Part shown: one piece after another, positions 1-14,346 of the stretch
How the letters are laid out: every line of letters starts with the position of its first letter
Numbering within the stretch: position 1 is the stretch's first letter
Assembly (NCBI GenBank): GCA_951406725.2
Contig: OX597834.1
Coordinates: 14,136,001 to 14,200,000 of the forward strand
Reading direction: 5' to 3'
From: Octopus vulgaris
Taxonomy: Eukaryota
DNA: 64,000 nt
Translations under genes and position numbers: made by a program
The notes under the pieces: generated by a model
Seen by the model: the letters and a program-made list of their open reading frames with translations, nothing else
What the model was told of the DNA's origin: nothing
Database searches by the model: none

Positions 1-62
1 GGCAGACTAAATACCGCAAAGTATTTCGACCGGCGTGCTAACGATTCTGCCAGCTCGCCGCC
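1..62 (-). mobile_element. SINE family C, 5' head (cut by window edge)
   Basis: Reverse complement GGCGGCGAGCTGGCAGAATCGTTAGCACGCCGG matches the head of the copies at 43549 and 44983. Confidence 0.85.
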
Positions 63-950
63 TTTCTGAAATAAATACCTTACTGCTTATATTGTCAAAT
101 ATACATTTATATTCTACAGACAAAACGGCTTCATTTCAAGCCGGGTTATTTCATATTTCTAGCGAATCCGGAAATCATGTTAGATATTCTCTGGTTGAAT
201 CATACAGTATTAAATGTCAACCCACTCCAGTATGAACTGCGTTTCTTCACTGTTTAACATTCTCTTTTTTTTTATTCCCACAATGTAACAAACTGCGTTT
301 TCATTAATAGTGAGTCAACCGATACGAACCTACATATATTTTCAAATAAAGCTTTTTTACCATGTTAAAATTGAATATATTGACAGCTGTTTGTAAGCTT
401 CAATTTTCTTTTCTTTCTTTTTTTGATTTGGAAGATTCTTCATGTGTTAAAACATCTTGTTGTAAATCGGGTGGGTCATTATGCCAATAATAAGAAAAAA
501 TCTTGTACTGATCCTGTTTCTCTGTGTTATTATTTCTTTGTTGATTGCTTACCTATTTAACAAATAAATACTCGGTTGTTTCATTAATAGGTCGTACAGT
601 GCATATCTTTAAATAGGTTACGATTGGTCACAAGATATTTAGGATAAACCTAAATGATTGGCAGATTGATCAAAATATTAATCAAGTATTGATTAAATAA
701 GAAATACAGAAGTGAAATAGAACAACGACCTGAATTTATTATTAGTAGTATCACCCTACCGATCTCAAAAAAAATGCTTTTCAACTTATTCATCTGCAAG
801 TAATATATTTCTTAGCCGTCGCTTGCAATCTGATCTAGAATACATATGATCAAAGGTTTTCCTACGTATATAGAATCGGTGTCTTCTGGACTGAATATAC
901 ACTTCTTGTAAGTTTTTACAGATTTAGTTCATATGTATCGAATGTGAAAA

Positions 951-1250
951 GGTGTTACCGACCAGGCTATCGGATGTTGCTACACATCACTGTTCACAAT
1001 GCGCTTCGCATAGTTTTAGCCTTAAAATAACGCCACTCCGCTGGCTAAACGAGCAGGCCAACAGAGGAAAGAGTGAAAGAAAGTTGTGGCGAAAGAGTAC
1101 AGCAGGGATCGCCACCACCCTCTGCCGGAGCCTCGTGGAGCTTTAGATGTTTTTCGCTCAATAAACACTCACAACGCCCGATCTGAGAATCGAAACTGCG
1201 ATCCTACGACCGCGTGTCCGCCGCCCTAACCACCACGCCGTTGCGCCTCC
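951..1250 (-). mobile_element. SINE family A variant with alternative 3' tail
   Basis: 1062-1250 matches the SINE A head and body; 951-1061 is a different tail also found at 59538-59656. Confidence 0.85.
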
Positions 1251-1273
1251 ACAGGTAATTATGTATATGTATA

Positions 1274-1377
<104 letters not shown>

Positions 1378-2162
1378 TGAATGTGTGTATGAAAATATGT
1401 TTATGTGTGTATATATGTGCAAACCTTCCGCGCAATAAATATATTTATTTGATATACTTTCGTATATACAATGGTAAATTCTGTCTCTCCAAGACAAGGT
1501 GTCTTGTATATTGGTTACGAGATGATATTTATTTCGTACACTTTATTGTCTAGATTTCCATCTGCACTCAGAGTGAACTATTTCTTTCAATATCTTAACA
1601 AAAACTCAATTATTACAACAATCGTATTACTATCTTCTTCAGAACAAATACAAAAATTTTCATTCCTGATACTTAATACTCGAAAAACTGGAATTGCTGT
1701 GCGTGGGAGAGTCGCACCTCTCACACAACTCTACTTATCTATATGATATTTTAGAACCACCTCTCATAAAAGAATAGCAATTATTTCATTCCCAGTATCA
1801 GGAGTAAAATCTGAACGTCGTACAAGATTAAAACCCCAGTTCCAATCGAATTGTTTACTTAGATGTTTTCTTCTGTTTTCTTTAACAATATTTTCGTGCA
1901 ATATTTCTAGAATCGAAAGGCACGTACGACCGGTTTAAACTGTGTGGATTGAAAAGCAATTACGTATGGAGAGATTAAATATATACCTGGCATATATATG
2001 TATGTGTTTAGAGATGAACAACATGTTATACATATGTATTTATATCATCAGATCATTGAAAATTGGAAGACGTTCAAAAGTGTAGGACATTACGACTTCT
2101 CACGTGGTAAATGTCAAAACACGAAACTGCTGTAAGTTGAGTCACCTTGAAACTTCTAATTA

Positions 2163-2684
2163 TTGATTTTGCCTCCATTCATCTTCTCACACAGCCTCAG
2201 ACTCAACACGGAGACGTACATCGACTGCCTGGTGGATGTAGTACTGGTGGAAGACTCTATATCTGGCAAGAGGACTCTGCTCTATACCACACAAACAGGT
2301 GAACCCATTCATGGCTGTCAGACTATTACTGCGACCACATCACCCCTAACATCTGACTACCTAACTCGCCAGACTGCAACCCCTTGATATTATGGGTGGG
2401 GTGCAGTAAGAGACCTCCTTGGAACACCAAAGCTGAGTTGAAGGTAATGGATTTGGCAGCATGTACCAACGTAAACAAGGAGACCTTGCAGAAGAGTTGT
2501 AGAAAATCCTGAAGTCATCTGGAGGCAGTGGTTGAAGCCAATGGCAATTTTATTGAATGAATTTACTCTTTAGTATTTCAATTTAGTATTTACTCTTTAG
2601 TAATTTTGGTAAATGCATGTATTGAAATAAGATGTCAGTGTTATTTTCAGTTTGGCGTAATTTAGACAATTTATTCTCCCTACC

Positions 2685-2689
<5 letters not shown>
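2163..2689 (+). mobile_element. Decayed Tc1/mariner DD37D (maT-type) transposon, 3' part
   Basis: Translates with stops and frameshifts to WQEDSA...NSPDCNPLD, with 37 residues between the 2nd and 3rd catalytic Asp. Ends in TIR-like ...CCCTG followed by TA. Homologous to 34672-35520 and 54190-54962. Confidence 0.8.
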
Positions 2690-2751
<62 letters not shown>

Positions 2752-2773
2752 TGTGTCTGTGTGTGTGTTTGTT

Positions 2774-2809
<36 letters not shown>

Positions 2810-3221
2810 CTCTGAACCTGAAAATATTTGATAAAATGTTACTCGTTGTTTCACGTAACCGATCAATGGCCACTAGTGAGCCTTTGGTATAAGTATGGTG
2901 TGTGAGTATATATATATATATATATGCCTGTGTATGTATGCGTGTGTGTGTGTACCACAGGCTTTTATATTGAAGCAAATGTTTCTACCAATCAATAGTA
3001 ACGTTCCTGGAGTCACTCATCATCCTTGTACCATCTCGTCGCTAGTGGCAACCTACAAAATATTTCCCCATTTCTCCTCTGAACATGTGCAATCGGGAAC
3101 CTTCCGACTGTTCAGGCTTTCCGCCATGTACTGACCCCATTAGTCTAAACAGAACACAAACAGAAACAAGAACAGAAGACGTATACATTCCCTTATAATA
3201 AATCATTTCTATGAAAGTCAC

Positions 3222-3398
3222 AAGGGAGGGGATTAGTCGATTGCAGTCGACCCAATTGTGTAACTGGTACTTAATTTATTGACCGAGAAATTATGAGAGG
3301 CAAAGTCAACCTCGCTGAATTTAAACTCAGAATGTAACGACGGGTTAAATACCCTGAAGCATTTGTCCCGACGTGCTTAACGTTTCTGCCAGCTCGCC
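3222..3398 (-). mobile_element. SINE family C, diverged
   Basis: AACTGGTACTTAATTTATTGACC...GGCAAAGTCAACCTCG...CTGCCAGCTCGCC. Confidence 0.8.
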
Positions 3399-3857
3399 GG
3401 TTTATTATCCCTTATAATAATGCCAGTAAAAATATTGTTCGTAAACATATTTCCATAATAAAACTAAAAACAACGTCTCTTGTATATACAAGACATATTA
3501 ATGCTGTTTGAATTCTTGCCGATGTGCAGAAAGAATTAGCCGAGAGAAAATTTAATGTTTCTTATTTGATGTATAGCATTATATTCCATTCTGGAAAATA
3601 AATAATGACAAGATTAATTTACTTTCCATGTTTTACATAAACCTGGAAACATAATATCCGTCTGCTTCTGTCTCTCCAGAGCAATTTTTTTCTCGTTTTA
3701 TTCTTTAATACGTATGATAAAATTATACTTTAATGTCGAAAACTATGTTTTGAGAGAAATAGCTTCAATTGTTTCTTATATTCCTGTTATATTCGTTTAT
3801 GTTGTCCAGTTGGAAACTTGAGTTAAAGTAGTGTGTATACATAAGTTTAAATATATG

Positions 3858-4482
3858 TTGTGGGTTTTGAAATCTTTTACATGGAAAATATGATATAATT
3901 ATGTTTTAAAATACCGAAATGCGTCATTTTATTTCGTGGGATGCTAGTGGCGCTACCAGCAATAAACGAGACTTTGTGCCGACCCTCTAACTTTTCAAAA
4001 TGCCTTTAGAATATCTCACAAAATAATTCAATCCTGAAATATAATCTGGCCCCATTTTGCCGGCATTAAGCCAGCAATTTCGGATGAAGGTCAAATCCAT
4101 TACATCGACCCCAGTTTTCAACTGGTACTTATTTTATCGATCTCGAAAGAATGAAAGGCAAAATCGTTTGTGGGATTTAAAATATTCTTTTACATGGAAA
4201 ATATGAAATAATTATGTTTAAAGATAACGTAATGCCTCTTTCTATTTCGTGAGATGTCGGTGGAGCTACGAACAATAAGCAAAATCGTATGCTATCTTTC
4301 TAACTTCTCGACATTCTCATTCAATATCCCGTGAAATAATTCAAACCTAAGATAAAATATGGCACTCACTGTCCCAATCTTTACAGGCCAACACTTTCGG
4401 GAGAGGGGTATATCGATTACACTGATCCCAGTGTTCAACTGGTATTTATTTTATTGACCCTGACCGAATGAAAGGCAAAGTT
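3858..4482. repeat. Old tandem duplication, ~310-bp period, each unit ending in a SINE C fragment
   Basis: TCTTTTACATGGAAAATATGA.ATAATTATGTTT occurs at ~3873 and ~4186, with colinear similarity through to GAATGAAAGGCAAA. Confidence 0.8.
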
Positions 4483-4791
4483 GAACCCGTGGGCATTTAA
4501 ACGCAGAACGTAAAGACAGATGAAATGCTGCTAAGACTTTTGCCCACCATGCTAATAATTCTTATTTATTTACTGCCCACAAGGGGCTAAACATAGAGGG
4601 GATAACAAGGGCAGACAGACGGATTAAGTCGATTATATCGACCCCAGTTCGTAACTGGTACTTATTTAATCGACCCCGAAAGGTTGAAAGGCAAAGTCGA
4701 CCTCGGCGGAATTTGAACTCAAAACGTAACGACAGACAAAATACCGCTAAGCATTTCGCCCGGCGTGCTAACGTTTCTGCCAGCACAACGC
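4385..4791 (-). mobile_element. Tandem SINE C copies (young 4562-4791, older 4385-4560)
   Basis: Near-consensus copy with tail, joined to a headless diverged copy. Confidence 0.85.
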
Positions 4792-5030
4792 CTGCAGGCA
4801 GTAAATACGTTGGTTTCAAATATTGACACAACGCAAGGAAATAGCGGGAATGGGGTGAGTTGATAACATCGACCCCAGCAATCAACTGATGCTTCTGTGT
4901 TATCGACTGGTTCTTATATTATCGCTTGTAAAGACAGATGACACACGGCTAAGTCTTTTGTCTGCTGTGCTAACAATCCTGTCCGTACACCGCCCGTACG
5001 CAAACTTGTGTCCATAATCTCCAATAACTA

Positions 5031-5134
5031 TATAACTTGTACACATTATATAACAATATAACTTGTACACATTATATAACAATATAACTTGTACACATTA
5101 TATAACAATATAACTTGTACACATTATATAACAA
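5031..5134. repeat. Minisatellite, 4 x 26 bp (TATAACTTGTACACATTATATAACAA)
   Basis: Perfect head-to-tail copies. Confidence 0.95.
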
Positions 5135-6137
5135 CACATATGATTACTAGTGGGCCTAAATATATGTATCTTTTCCAAAGATACTATCACAATTCATGCT
5201 GCTGAAGTAACAATAAATATCATGGTATTTATAGACATCTAAGATAAGTTTTAATTGAATCGGAACTCATGAACAGTTTGATCGCTGTGTCAACGGATGA
5301 TTTACACGACTAAGAAACACGACTACGGATTATAGTTTTGATAAACGTTTTTCCAAGATAGAATGAATTCGAAGTTAAGCATCGCATTATTTTAAAGGAC
5401 ACTCACGGATAAAATTATTCATCATGAAACATACAGCTTCAGAGCTGCAAACCAGTTATACAGATGATCAATCGAGAAGCTACGATCATCTACAACACAA
5501 ACATGCTTTATGATTATAGATTAACTTAAAACTATTCTCTTGTTTAGAGACCTGCTTAAAACCTGAATAAGAATAAGTATGAAGAACTTGATTTCTACGT
5601 ACATTTTACCTGTGTGTCCGGGACTACATTACATACAAATCTTTTTTTAAAACATTTACTTAATAATATCTTGTGATGATTTACAAACTTTTTTCAGCTG
5701 ATGTGCAACCCATCGATGGTCAGTTTTCGATATGTCCCGAATAAATTTCTAAATTTCCATAGCTAATTCTTTTAGCAAATCCTTAGAAGCATATCTTTTT
5801 GGTGGATACCTTTATATATAGTCAAACCAGCGTATAATGGCAAAAATTCTTTGAAAGTAAAGTACCATTGAAATATGAATACAAACGGAATAACAAAAGT
5901 TTTTCGTGAATCGGACCACGGATTCCGGAGATACGCGGTTTTTTGGGGTTACCTTGAATTATTGATGATCCAACAGCTCACGAGTAGTCTAGTGGTGTAC
6001 AAAAATAACAGGGTTCCAAAAGGTGGGGATGTGTGGTAACAAGTTGGCTTACCAATCAGAGCCATTACAATCTTCTCTCGGTTGACTGTTTTACATATTA
6101 CTAAACGACATAAAATCATACAGTAAAAACCGATTGT

Positions 6138-6650
6138 CTTTTTTACATGTTTCACTGTGATGTTCCTCTGCGATGCTCAGGGACCACCTTGAGGAATTTT
6201 AGTCGAACGAATCGAACTCAGTGTTTTTTAAAACCTGTCACATCTATTAACGCTACATCACAAAGCCGTAAACACACGAACACCGGCTACGAATTGGGTG
6301 AAATACAAGAACAAAGATGCACACACATGCCTATCTATCTATCTAATATACATATGTGGGGCGGGTGTACGTGTGTGTGTGTGTGTGTGTCTGTCCTTCT
6401 GAGAGTGTTTTTGTATATGTGGTCATATAATATACATTGGTACATAAAAGTTTATATGTGTTTGTGTGTGTGTATACACACGCACACGGCGGTTTTTCAG
6501 TTTCTGTCTACCAAGTCAATCCAGAGTTGTACAACACTTCGATCAGCCCGAGTCTATCGTATACGACACCTGCACAACATGAGATGAAGTAGGACTGAAC
6601 CCGGAGCCATATATTTGGTAAGCCAGCTTGTTACCACACAGCCACCCCTT
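6138..6650 (-). mobile_element. SINE family B, old near full-length copy
   Basis: Head TGGCTGTGTGGTAAC...GGGTTCAGTCC, internal microsatellite, and degenerate 3' part matching 16869-17294. Confidence 0.75.
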
Positions 6651-6999
6651 TCGGCAGCGTGTTATTTTTATACACCACTAGACTACTCGTGACCAGTTAG
6701 ATCATCAAGAGTTCAAGGTACACGAACATTTGGATGCAGTTATATACCTTTTTGTACTACAAGTAGATGGTGTACATGTTTTTAACTATGATTGTTACTA
6801 CGCATGAACATAAAAATTTGTCGACTGTTTTTATACCTGTATGGATGGCCATATATATTCCAAGTCTTTGATTTTGAAAGTTGTGTATTCACTACTATTA
6901 GGTGCATTCATAGATATCAACTATGTTCGGAATGTTTAATGGTTTACAGAGACACTGCAATGTAGAAAGACACGCGTAATGAGATAACGTAAGAGAACA

Positions 7000-7350
7000 A
7001 ATACAATTGAGATATTTTGTGCCCTGGCAATTTACCGCAGTTAGATTTCCTAAATGGATATTTCCTACGAACTGCTCATTGCAGACCGCACAAGCATGAA
7101 CTGAAAATTCATCTTGATAAGTTAATGAGATAATCGAACAATTTCTGGTAGCCAGCCATTGATTGGAGATAAATATCTCTTGGTAATTATTCTATTGAGA
7201 TTTGGTAGTCCGTAACCAGGTACATCGCAGAGGCGGAGCGAATCTTTTGTTGCATGCAAACCCTTTCAAACTTAATCAAATAAATCAGTAATTTCCCTTC
7301 CTTGTATCGCCGGAATATCTCATATTGGTTAAAACATTTATGGCAACATC
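7000..7350 (-). pseudogene. Possible decayed IRG/IIGP-like GTPase relic
   Basis: Minus strand gives GDTRKGNY*FI..LKG (degenerate P-loop, 7285-7311), LCDVPGYG (DVPGYG at 7209-7226), then after a frameshift PRDIYLQS..FDYLI. G1-G3 spacing is shorter than normal. Confidence 0.3.
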
Positions 7351-8778
7351 AGAAACTATTTTGTTTGATACGACATACTTCCATCAAGAATAATTCTTTA
7401 ATCAATAGCAATCGAGATTTTCTTTATTCTGCACCCATCGCAGAAACTCGAACACGGAAGCATATTAATTCTGAATAGTTGAAACCCAATTAATCAAGCA
7501 TTATAAGTGTGTTTCTTCCACATATTCTTTGGTTTGTTTTGTCGTATGGAGGGTTTGATGATTACAACACTACCAGACTCAAATTTGAGAATGTAACCTG
7601 ATTTGTTCATAAGTAAAATAATGTTTTGTTTCAAGCCTGGATTTACTACCAGGTGACGTTGACTAACCCTGTATAATAAAAACGGTTCTACGTGAAGTAT
7701 TTCAAAATTATTTGGTTCGGTACAAATTTATTATCCTTTAACAATAAACACAAACTCAAATGTATCGCAGCAAGATGACTTAGCTAGCCAAATATCCAAA
7801 ATCTCTGCCAATTCTATTCTTGTTGAATAATAACTTACAGATAAATTTGAGCGTGGGCGTATTTAAGTGTGTTTATATTATTTTGTTAACTTCTTGATAT
7901 GGTAAATTAGGAAAATACCAAATGATAATTATATTTATTACGAATATTGTCATTTGTATGTTTAGAAACAAAGTTTTACTCAATACAGTTCTATATTTAA
8001 GAGACGAAAACAGTTTTACATTTTTAGACACGATAAATACAGGAAATTTAATTTCTGAAATTCGAAGTCGTCAATTTATTGTCCCACTTCACACAAGCTT
8101 GTGTGATGCTAAGCTGACATCTACGATACTTTTGCTCGTGAAAGAAGAATAATTCTTCAAGCGTCTGAAGTAAGTTTCCTCTAATGTGTAGAGGACATTT
8201 ACCTATTCAAACAAAATTTAAATTCTTTTCTTACGATCAATTTCCTTCTCTTCCCTTCTGAAGTAATATTCTACCAGAATATCAAAAGACTGGAATTTCG
8301 CACGAAAATCCATTCCAGTACCTAGTATTGACAATATAGATTATTCTTAATAGGAACTAGATAATATTCGAAAGGCTAAATAATCGTTAGATCTTCAAAT
8401 TTCACAGAGTTAGCAGAATACGTGAGGGATTGAGGGATTTTTATTTGAAAAAAGCGGTAGAATATAGATAAGTCATCGTAATTTTCTGTGCAGTTTTTCC
8501 AACTACGAATATCGGGTTCTCTCGGTGGCCAAAAATTTAAAAATATAATGGCGCGTATTTTTCTTACGAAAATGGACTTTCCAGTCTCGTCGCTGTCGTG
8601 TGGCAAACCTTTTCCGCTTTATAAGAGTAATGGCACCCGATCTTTCTGCTGTGTTCGCAGCTGTACTGCGTTCGAAACATTAGCTTCTTGCCTGTATAAT
8701 ACGATACAGGTTGGACTCCTTTAAAAACCAAACTGAATGTTTGTTTACATATGTTGCGTATATATATATATATATATA

Positions 8779-8980
8779 CAGTTGAAATTTATAGAAAAAA
8801 AACAATCGACGAAGACGTGTGCATGAACAACAAGCAAGTGTATTAGTTTGACGCTTGAGAAAAATGAAAAATTATTTTACGTTTCGAGCCTACGCTCTTC
8901 AACAGAAAGGAATAAGAGAAAATAAACAGAGGGAAAATGAAAAGAAACTTGTAGATTGCAGTGGTCCATTATCGTGAAAA
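8779..8980 (-). mobile_element. ~200-bp HHR-like element abutting (TA)n
   Basis: Minus strand 8908-8875: UUU-CUGUUGA-A-GAGC-GUAG-GCUC-GAAAC-GUA-AAA, with core A6 changed to U. Related to 36421-36623. Confidence 0.65.
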
Positions 8981-9623
8981 TATATACATAGACACAATAC
9001 TCAAAATTATAATGAAAACCACTGGGTTTGATCCCAAATCGTTTGAAGCACAATCCCGAGACCGTACCAGTGAACAACATCACGATAAAGGAAGCGTTCA
9101 GTTAAAAGGGTACCAGATAAAGTTGCCCATAATAAGACATTGTGTAAAGGCGATAGTCAGAATATATTGAGTGCTTAAAAAAGGCGAATGATTGGGCAGA
9201 TTTATACGATGAAACCATTTAAGGATCACCCCAGCTGGGCGGTATCTCAAGCACTGGAAGAAGTAAATACAAAAAAGTCTTCAGTTATTTATCATCGTCT
9301 TAAATGGCAAACACATTTAAAGTTATTCAGGGGACGTACATTAAAACATTAAAAAATATTTAAAAAATAATACATCTTTTAGCCGCTAATTTTTTGCATT
9401 TTCACACAAATTTTAACAACATTAATGCTTCAGTGTTTAAAATATTCTATTTTATATCTTGTCGAACCACAATTTTTCATGTTCTATTATAATATTTGCT
9501 CATTTTCTCGTTTGCATGTTCAGTACTCATTTTCGACTAAGATTATTTTTCTTACAAGTGTCCACACATTTCTTTCAAAATTTCCCATGACACATATTGC
9601 TCATGCTAATTAGAAACATCCCA

Positions 9624-9639
9624 AATAATAACAATAATG

Positions 9640-9698
<59 letters not shown>

Positions 9699-9800
9699 CA
9701 TGATAATAACAACATCAATAATGATAATAATGATGATAATCATAAGAAGAACAACAACAGGAACAAGAACAACAACAGGAACAAGAACAACAACAACAAC

Positions 9801-9882
<82 letters not shown>

Positions 9883-10073
9883 ATGATAATAATAATAATG
9901 ATAATAATAATATTAATAATAATGATAATAATAATAATAATAATGATGATAATAATAATAATAATAATAATAATGATGATGATGATAATAATAATAATAA
10001 TAATAATAACAATGATGATGATGATAATAATAATAGTATTAATAATAATAATAATAATAATGATGATAATGAT

Positions 10074-10146
<73 letters not shown>

Positions 10147-10165
10147 TCATTAATAATATTAATAA
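9624..10165. repeat. (AAT)n/(GAT)n/(AAC)n compound microsatellite
   Basis: Direct reading. Confidence 0.97.
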
Positions 10166-10427
10166 ACATTGTATACAAATAAGGAGAGAGAATTTCACTC
10201 ACTAATTAAACATGCTTGTACAAAATATTCAACAAGAGTAATATTACATTGTTATATATTTTTTTATTCCTTTTCTATTAGGTGTTAGTTAAATAGATTA
10301 GATTAAAATTGTTTCCGTTATCCAATACGCCGCTACACAGTTGTCAACATTGTACACTTGACATTCAGAATTTCTATAACTAATATAATATCAACAGTTC
10401 TTTTCAATGTTTTATATACGTACATAC

Positions 10428-10504
<77 letters not shown>

Positions 10505-10849
10505 GGTCTGTGTGCGCGTGTGTATCAATCCTAAATACACGTAAGCACATGTATCCATGTTTACACTACATGGATTGTATAAAATTCAATTAATAACGAA
10601 ATGCATTTCGTTACATGCATCTTTTCTTTCGCAGCATACATACACACGTACACAAACGTACGCCTGCACGCGCGTATATATATACACATGTATGATTAAC
10701 CTGCATATTTATATATCATATAACACGCACGCACACGCACACACACACACACATACATATATATGTATACACATATATATTTGTGTATAAAATATGTAAT
10801 TTTGTACGTACATTTACACTGAAATATATATATATAAATATACATGCAT

Positions 10850-10907
<58 letters not shown>

Positions 10908-10914
10908 ATATGAA

Positions 10915-11130
10915 TAGATATATTGATAGATAAGTAGATAGACAGATAGATGGATACATATATATATATAGATAGATAGATAGATATATAGATAGATAGA
11001 TAGATAGATAGATAAGGTGATAGATATGTAGATAGATAGACAGATAGATAGATAGTTAGATAAATAGATAGATAGGTAGATAATTAGATAGATAGATAGA
11101 GAGAGAGAGAGATAGAGAGAGAGATAGATA
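10915..11130. repeat. (GATA)n/(GA)n microsatellite
   Basis: Direct reading. Confidence 0.95.
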
Positions 11131-11537
11131 GCTGCATTTCACAAAAACTTCTATTCATGTGACTAAATATTTATTTATGACAAATTATTTTGCTGCGTTA
11201 CTTGAGCAATACGATTATCCTTACAGTTCAAGTTGATGGCGATGCGTTTAGATATTGTTTCTTCCTAATCATTTTCGCTCAGGTCGTCACACCGAACAAT
11301 TGAAATATAATTATCACCAGTTCTTTTCCATGTTTTGTTTTTATCCATTTCAAGGACATTCTAAAATACATCAATACTACAGACGGTGTAATATATATGC
11401 TGACAATTGTATATATTCATTTTTGAATATACACGGGATGTGTGTTTAAGTGTGTGTGTATGTTATTAATACAATTATATATCATAGATATGTATCCATC
11501 CATCCATATATATATTTGTATATATATGTATATGTAT

Positions 11538-11602
<65 letters not shown>

Positions 11603-11926
11603 CACACGCTCACAAACACACATTCACATATATGTGTTGAAAACGGATTAGAGTACTATACAAATCACCAACGGAATAAACAGGGCGAAAAAAATGGCTT
11701 CTCTGTCCTATGTGTCAGGATGACACTCGGCAACAAATAGAAACAGAATTGAAAGAATTATAATACTAATAATAATACTAAAGATGGTGATGATGATTTA
11801 AAATTTTAACACTAGTTCAGCGATTTTGAGGGTGGTGCCCGTTCATTACATCAACCCCTGCGCTCGAAAGTGATGAAAGGCAAAGTCGATCTATTCGGAA
11901 ATTGAACTCTGAACGAAAAGAGGGAC

Positions 11927-12460
<534 letters not shown>

Positions 12461-12955
12461 AATCAATAATAATGAGAAATTACAAAAAAAAAAAAAAAAA
12501 CTTCTAGAATTATGTATAAAAAATAACAAACACCTGATCTAGCAATTTGTAGCTACGCTTGCATCTGTTACATCAACTGCAGATGCGATTAAAAGGAAAT
12601 TCAAAATTTCACACAATTATTGTTTCTGTAAATTTTCTTCTCAAAGATTTTTAATATAAATTTGCATTATTTTTCCGTTTTACATTGTCTTATTTGTTTT
12701 TACTGTAAAATATGATTCGACGTTTATGTTGTTTCGGTTCTTCTATTTGCTGCTTTTGTTCTTGTATTGTTGTTGCACTTTAAAAATTATATTCAGTTAT
12801 TTCGTGTAGAATCCTTTTGTAAATATTTTCTCATTGATTCTACAAATAGTTCCATGGAATCCTACAGGTTTCCTTCTTGTTTTCTATACCTCAGATTTTC
12901 TTCCCGAAACTAAATCCATGTTTCTATCTTGTTTTTGTATTTTGCCTTTTCTGTT

Positions 12956-13206
<251 letters not shown>

Positions 13207-13364
13207 CTAGGCCAAGTTGTCATTCAACTCAAACTGTCGTTTCCTTTTGCTTGCGGACACAATAAGGAGATGAACTCATTGGATTATAATATCGATTTCA
13301 TATTAAAATTAAATATTTAACGATACAGTTGTGTCATGTGAACGAGAATAAACCGGGTTTTCTA

Positions 13365-13625
13365 ATAATAGTAATAATGATGATGACGGGTTTCATGATA
13401 ATGGTGATGGTGATGATGATGATCATGGTGGTGGTGGTGGTGGTGGTGGTGGTGATGGTGGTGGTTGTGGTGTCGGTGGTGGTTGTGGTGATGGTGGTGG
13501 TTGTTATTGTTGTGGTGGTGGTTGTTATTGTTGTGGTGGTGGTGGTGGATGTGATGTTGTTGAGGCGGTGTTGGTGGTGGTGTGGAGGTGGAGAAGAAGA
13601 AGAAGAAAAGAAAAGAAGAAGAAGA
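13365..13625. repeat. (GAT)/(GGT)/(GAA) compound microsatellite
   Basis: Direct reading. Confidence 0.95.
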
Positions 13626-13964
13626 ATCTGATATACTTGTAAGAGAGAAAGGGTAGCGATGGGAGAATGGAAAGCATATGAAATGTCCTTTCATTTTTAA
13701 TGAATTCCGCTCCCTTATTTCTAGTCCAAACTTCCTTAACACAAAGATGCATGATAGAGAAACCGCCGTTATTTGCATAACAGCGGGTTTTATAATCGCG
13801 GCTAGCAATACCAAGAAAAATATTTTCGCCAAGTGCTACAGTATGTTCAACATCTTTACCTGTCCCTTAATAATACGTTAAGGGCGTAAACGCCTGACTG
13901 GAAGGTGGGTGATTATGACTAAGAAAATGATGAATTTCCTTTCCACTGCTATAATGCGATTTCT

Positions 13965-14346
13965 GGAGGCACAATGGCCCAGTGGTTAGGGCAGCGAACT
14001 CGCGGTCATAAGATCGCGGTTTCGATTCCCAGACCGGGCGTTGTAAGTGTTTATTGGGTGAAAACACCTAAAGCTCCACGAGGCTCCGGCAGGGGATGGT
14101 GGTGATCCCTGATGTACTCTTTCACCACAACTTTCTCTCACTCTTACTTCCTATTTCTATTGTACCTGTATTTCAAAGGGCCGGCCTTGTCACTCTCTGT
14201 GTCACGCTGAATATCCCCGAGAACTACGTTACGGGTACACGTGACTGTGGAGTGCTCAGCCACTTACACGTTAATTTCACGAGCAGGCTGTTCCGTTGAT
14301 TCGGATCAAACGGAACCCTCGTCGTCGTAACCGACGGAGTGCTTCC
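13965..14346 (+). mobile_element. SINE family A, full length (tRNA-derived)
   Basis: Pol III A box TGGCCCAGTGG and B box GGTTTCGATTCCC; imperfect TSD AATGCGATTTCT / AATGTGATGTCT; three more near-identical copies in the window. Confidence 0.92.

Noticed and set aside
5031-5134. CRISPR-like array (also 51323-51402)
   Set aside because: Head-to-tail repeats with no spacers, no cas genes, eukaryotic context.
8645-8682. Hairpin followed by GAAAC
   Set aside because: No CUGANGA and no convincing stem I.
13965-14040. tRNA gene
   Set aside because: A and B boxes are present but it continues into a SINE body with a TSD; the same applies to the other SINE heads.
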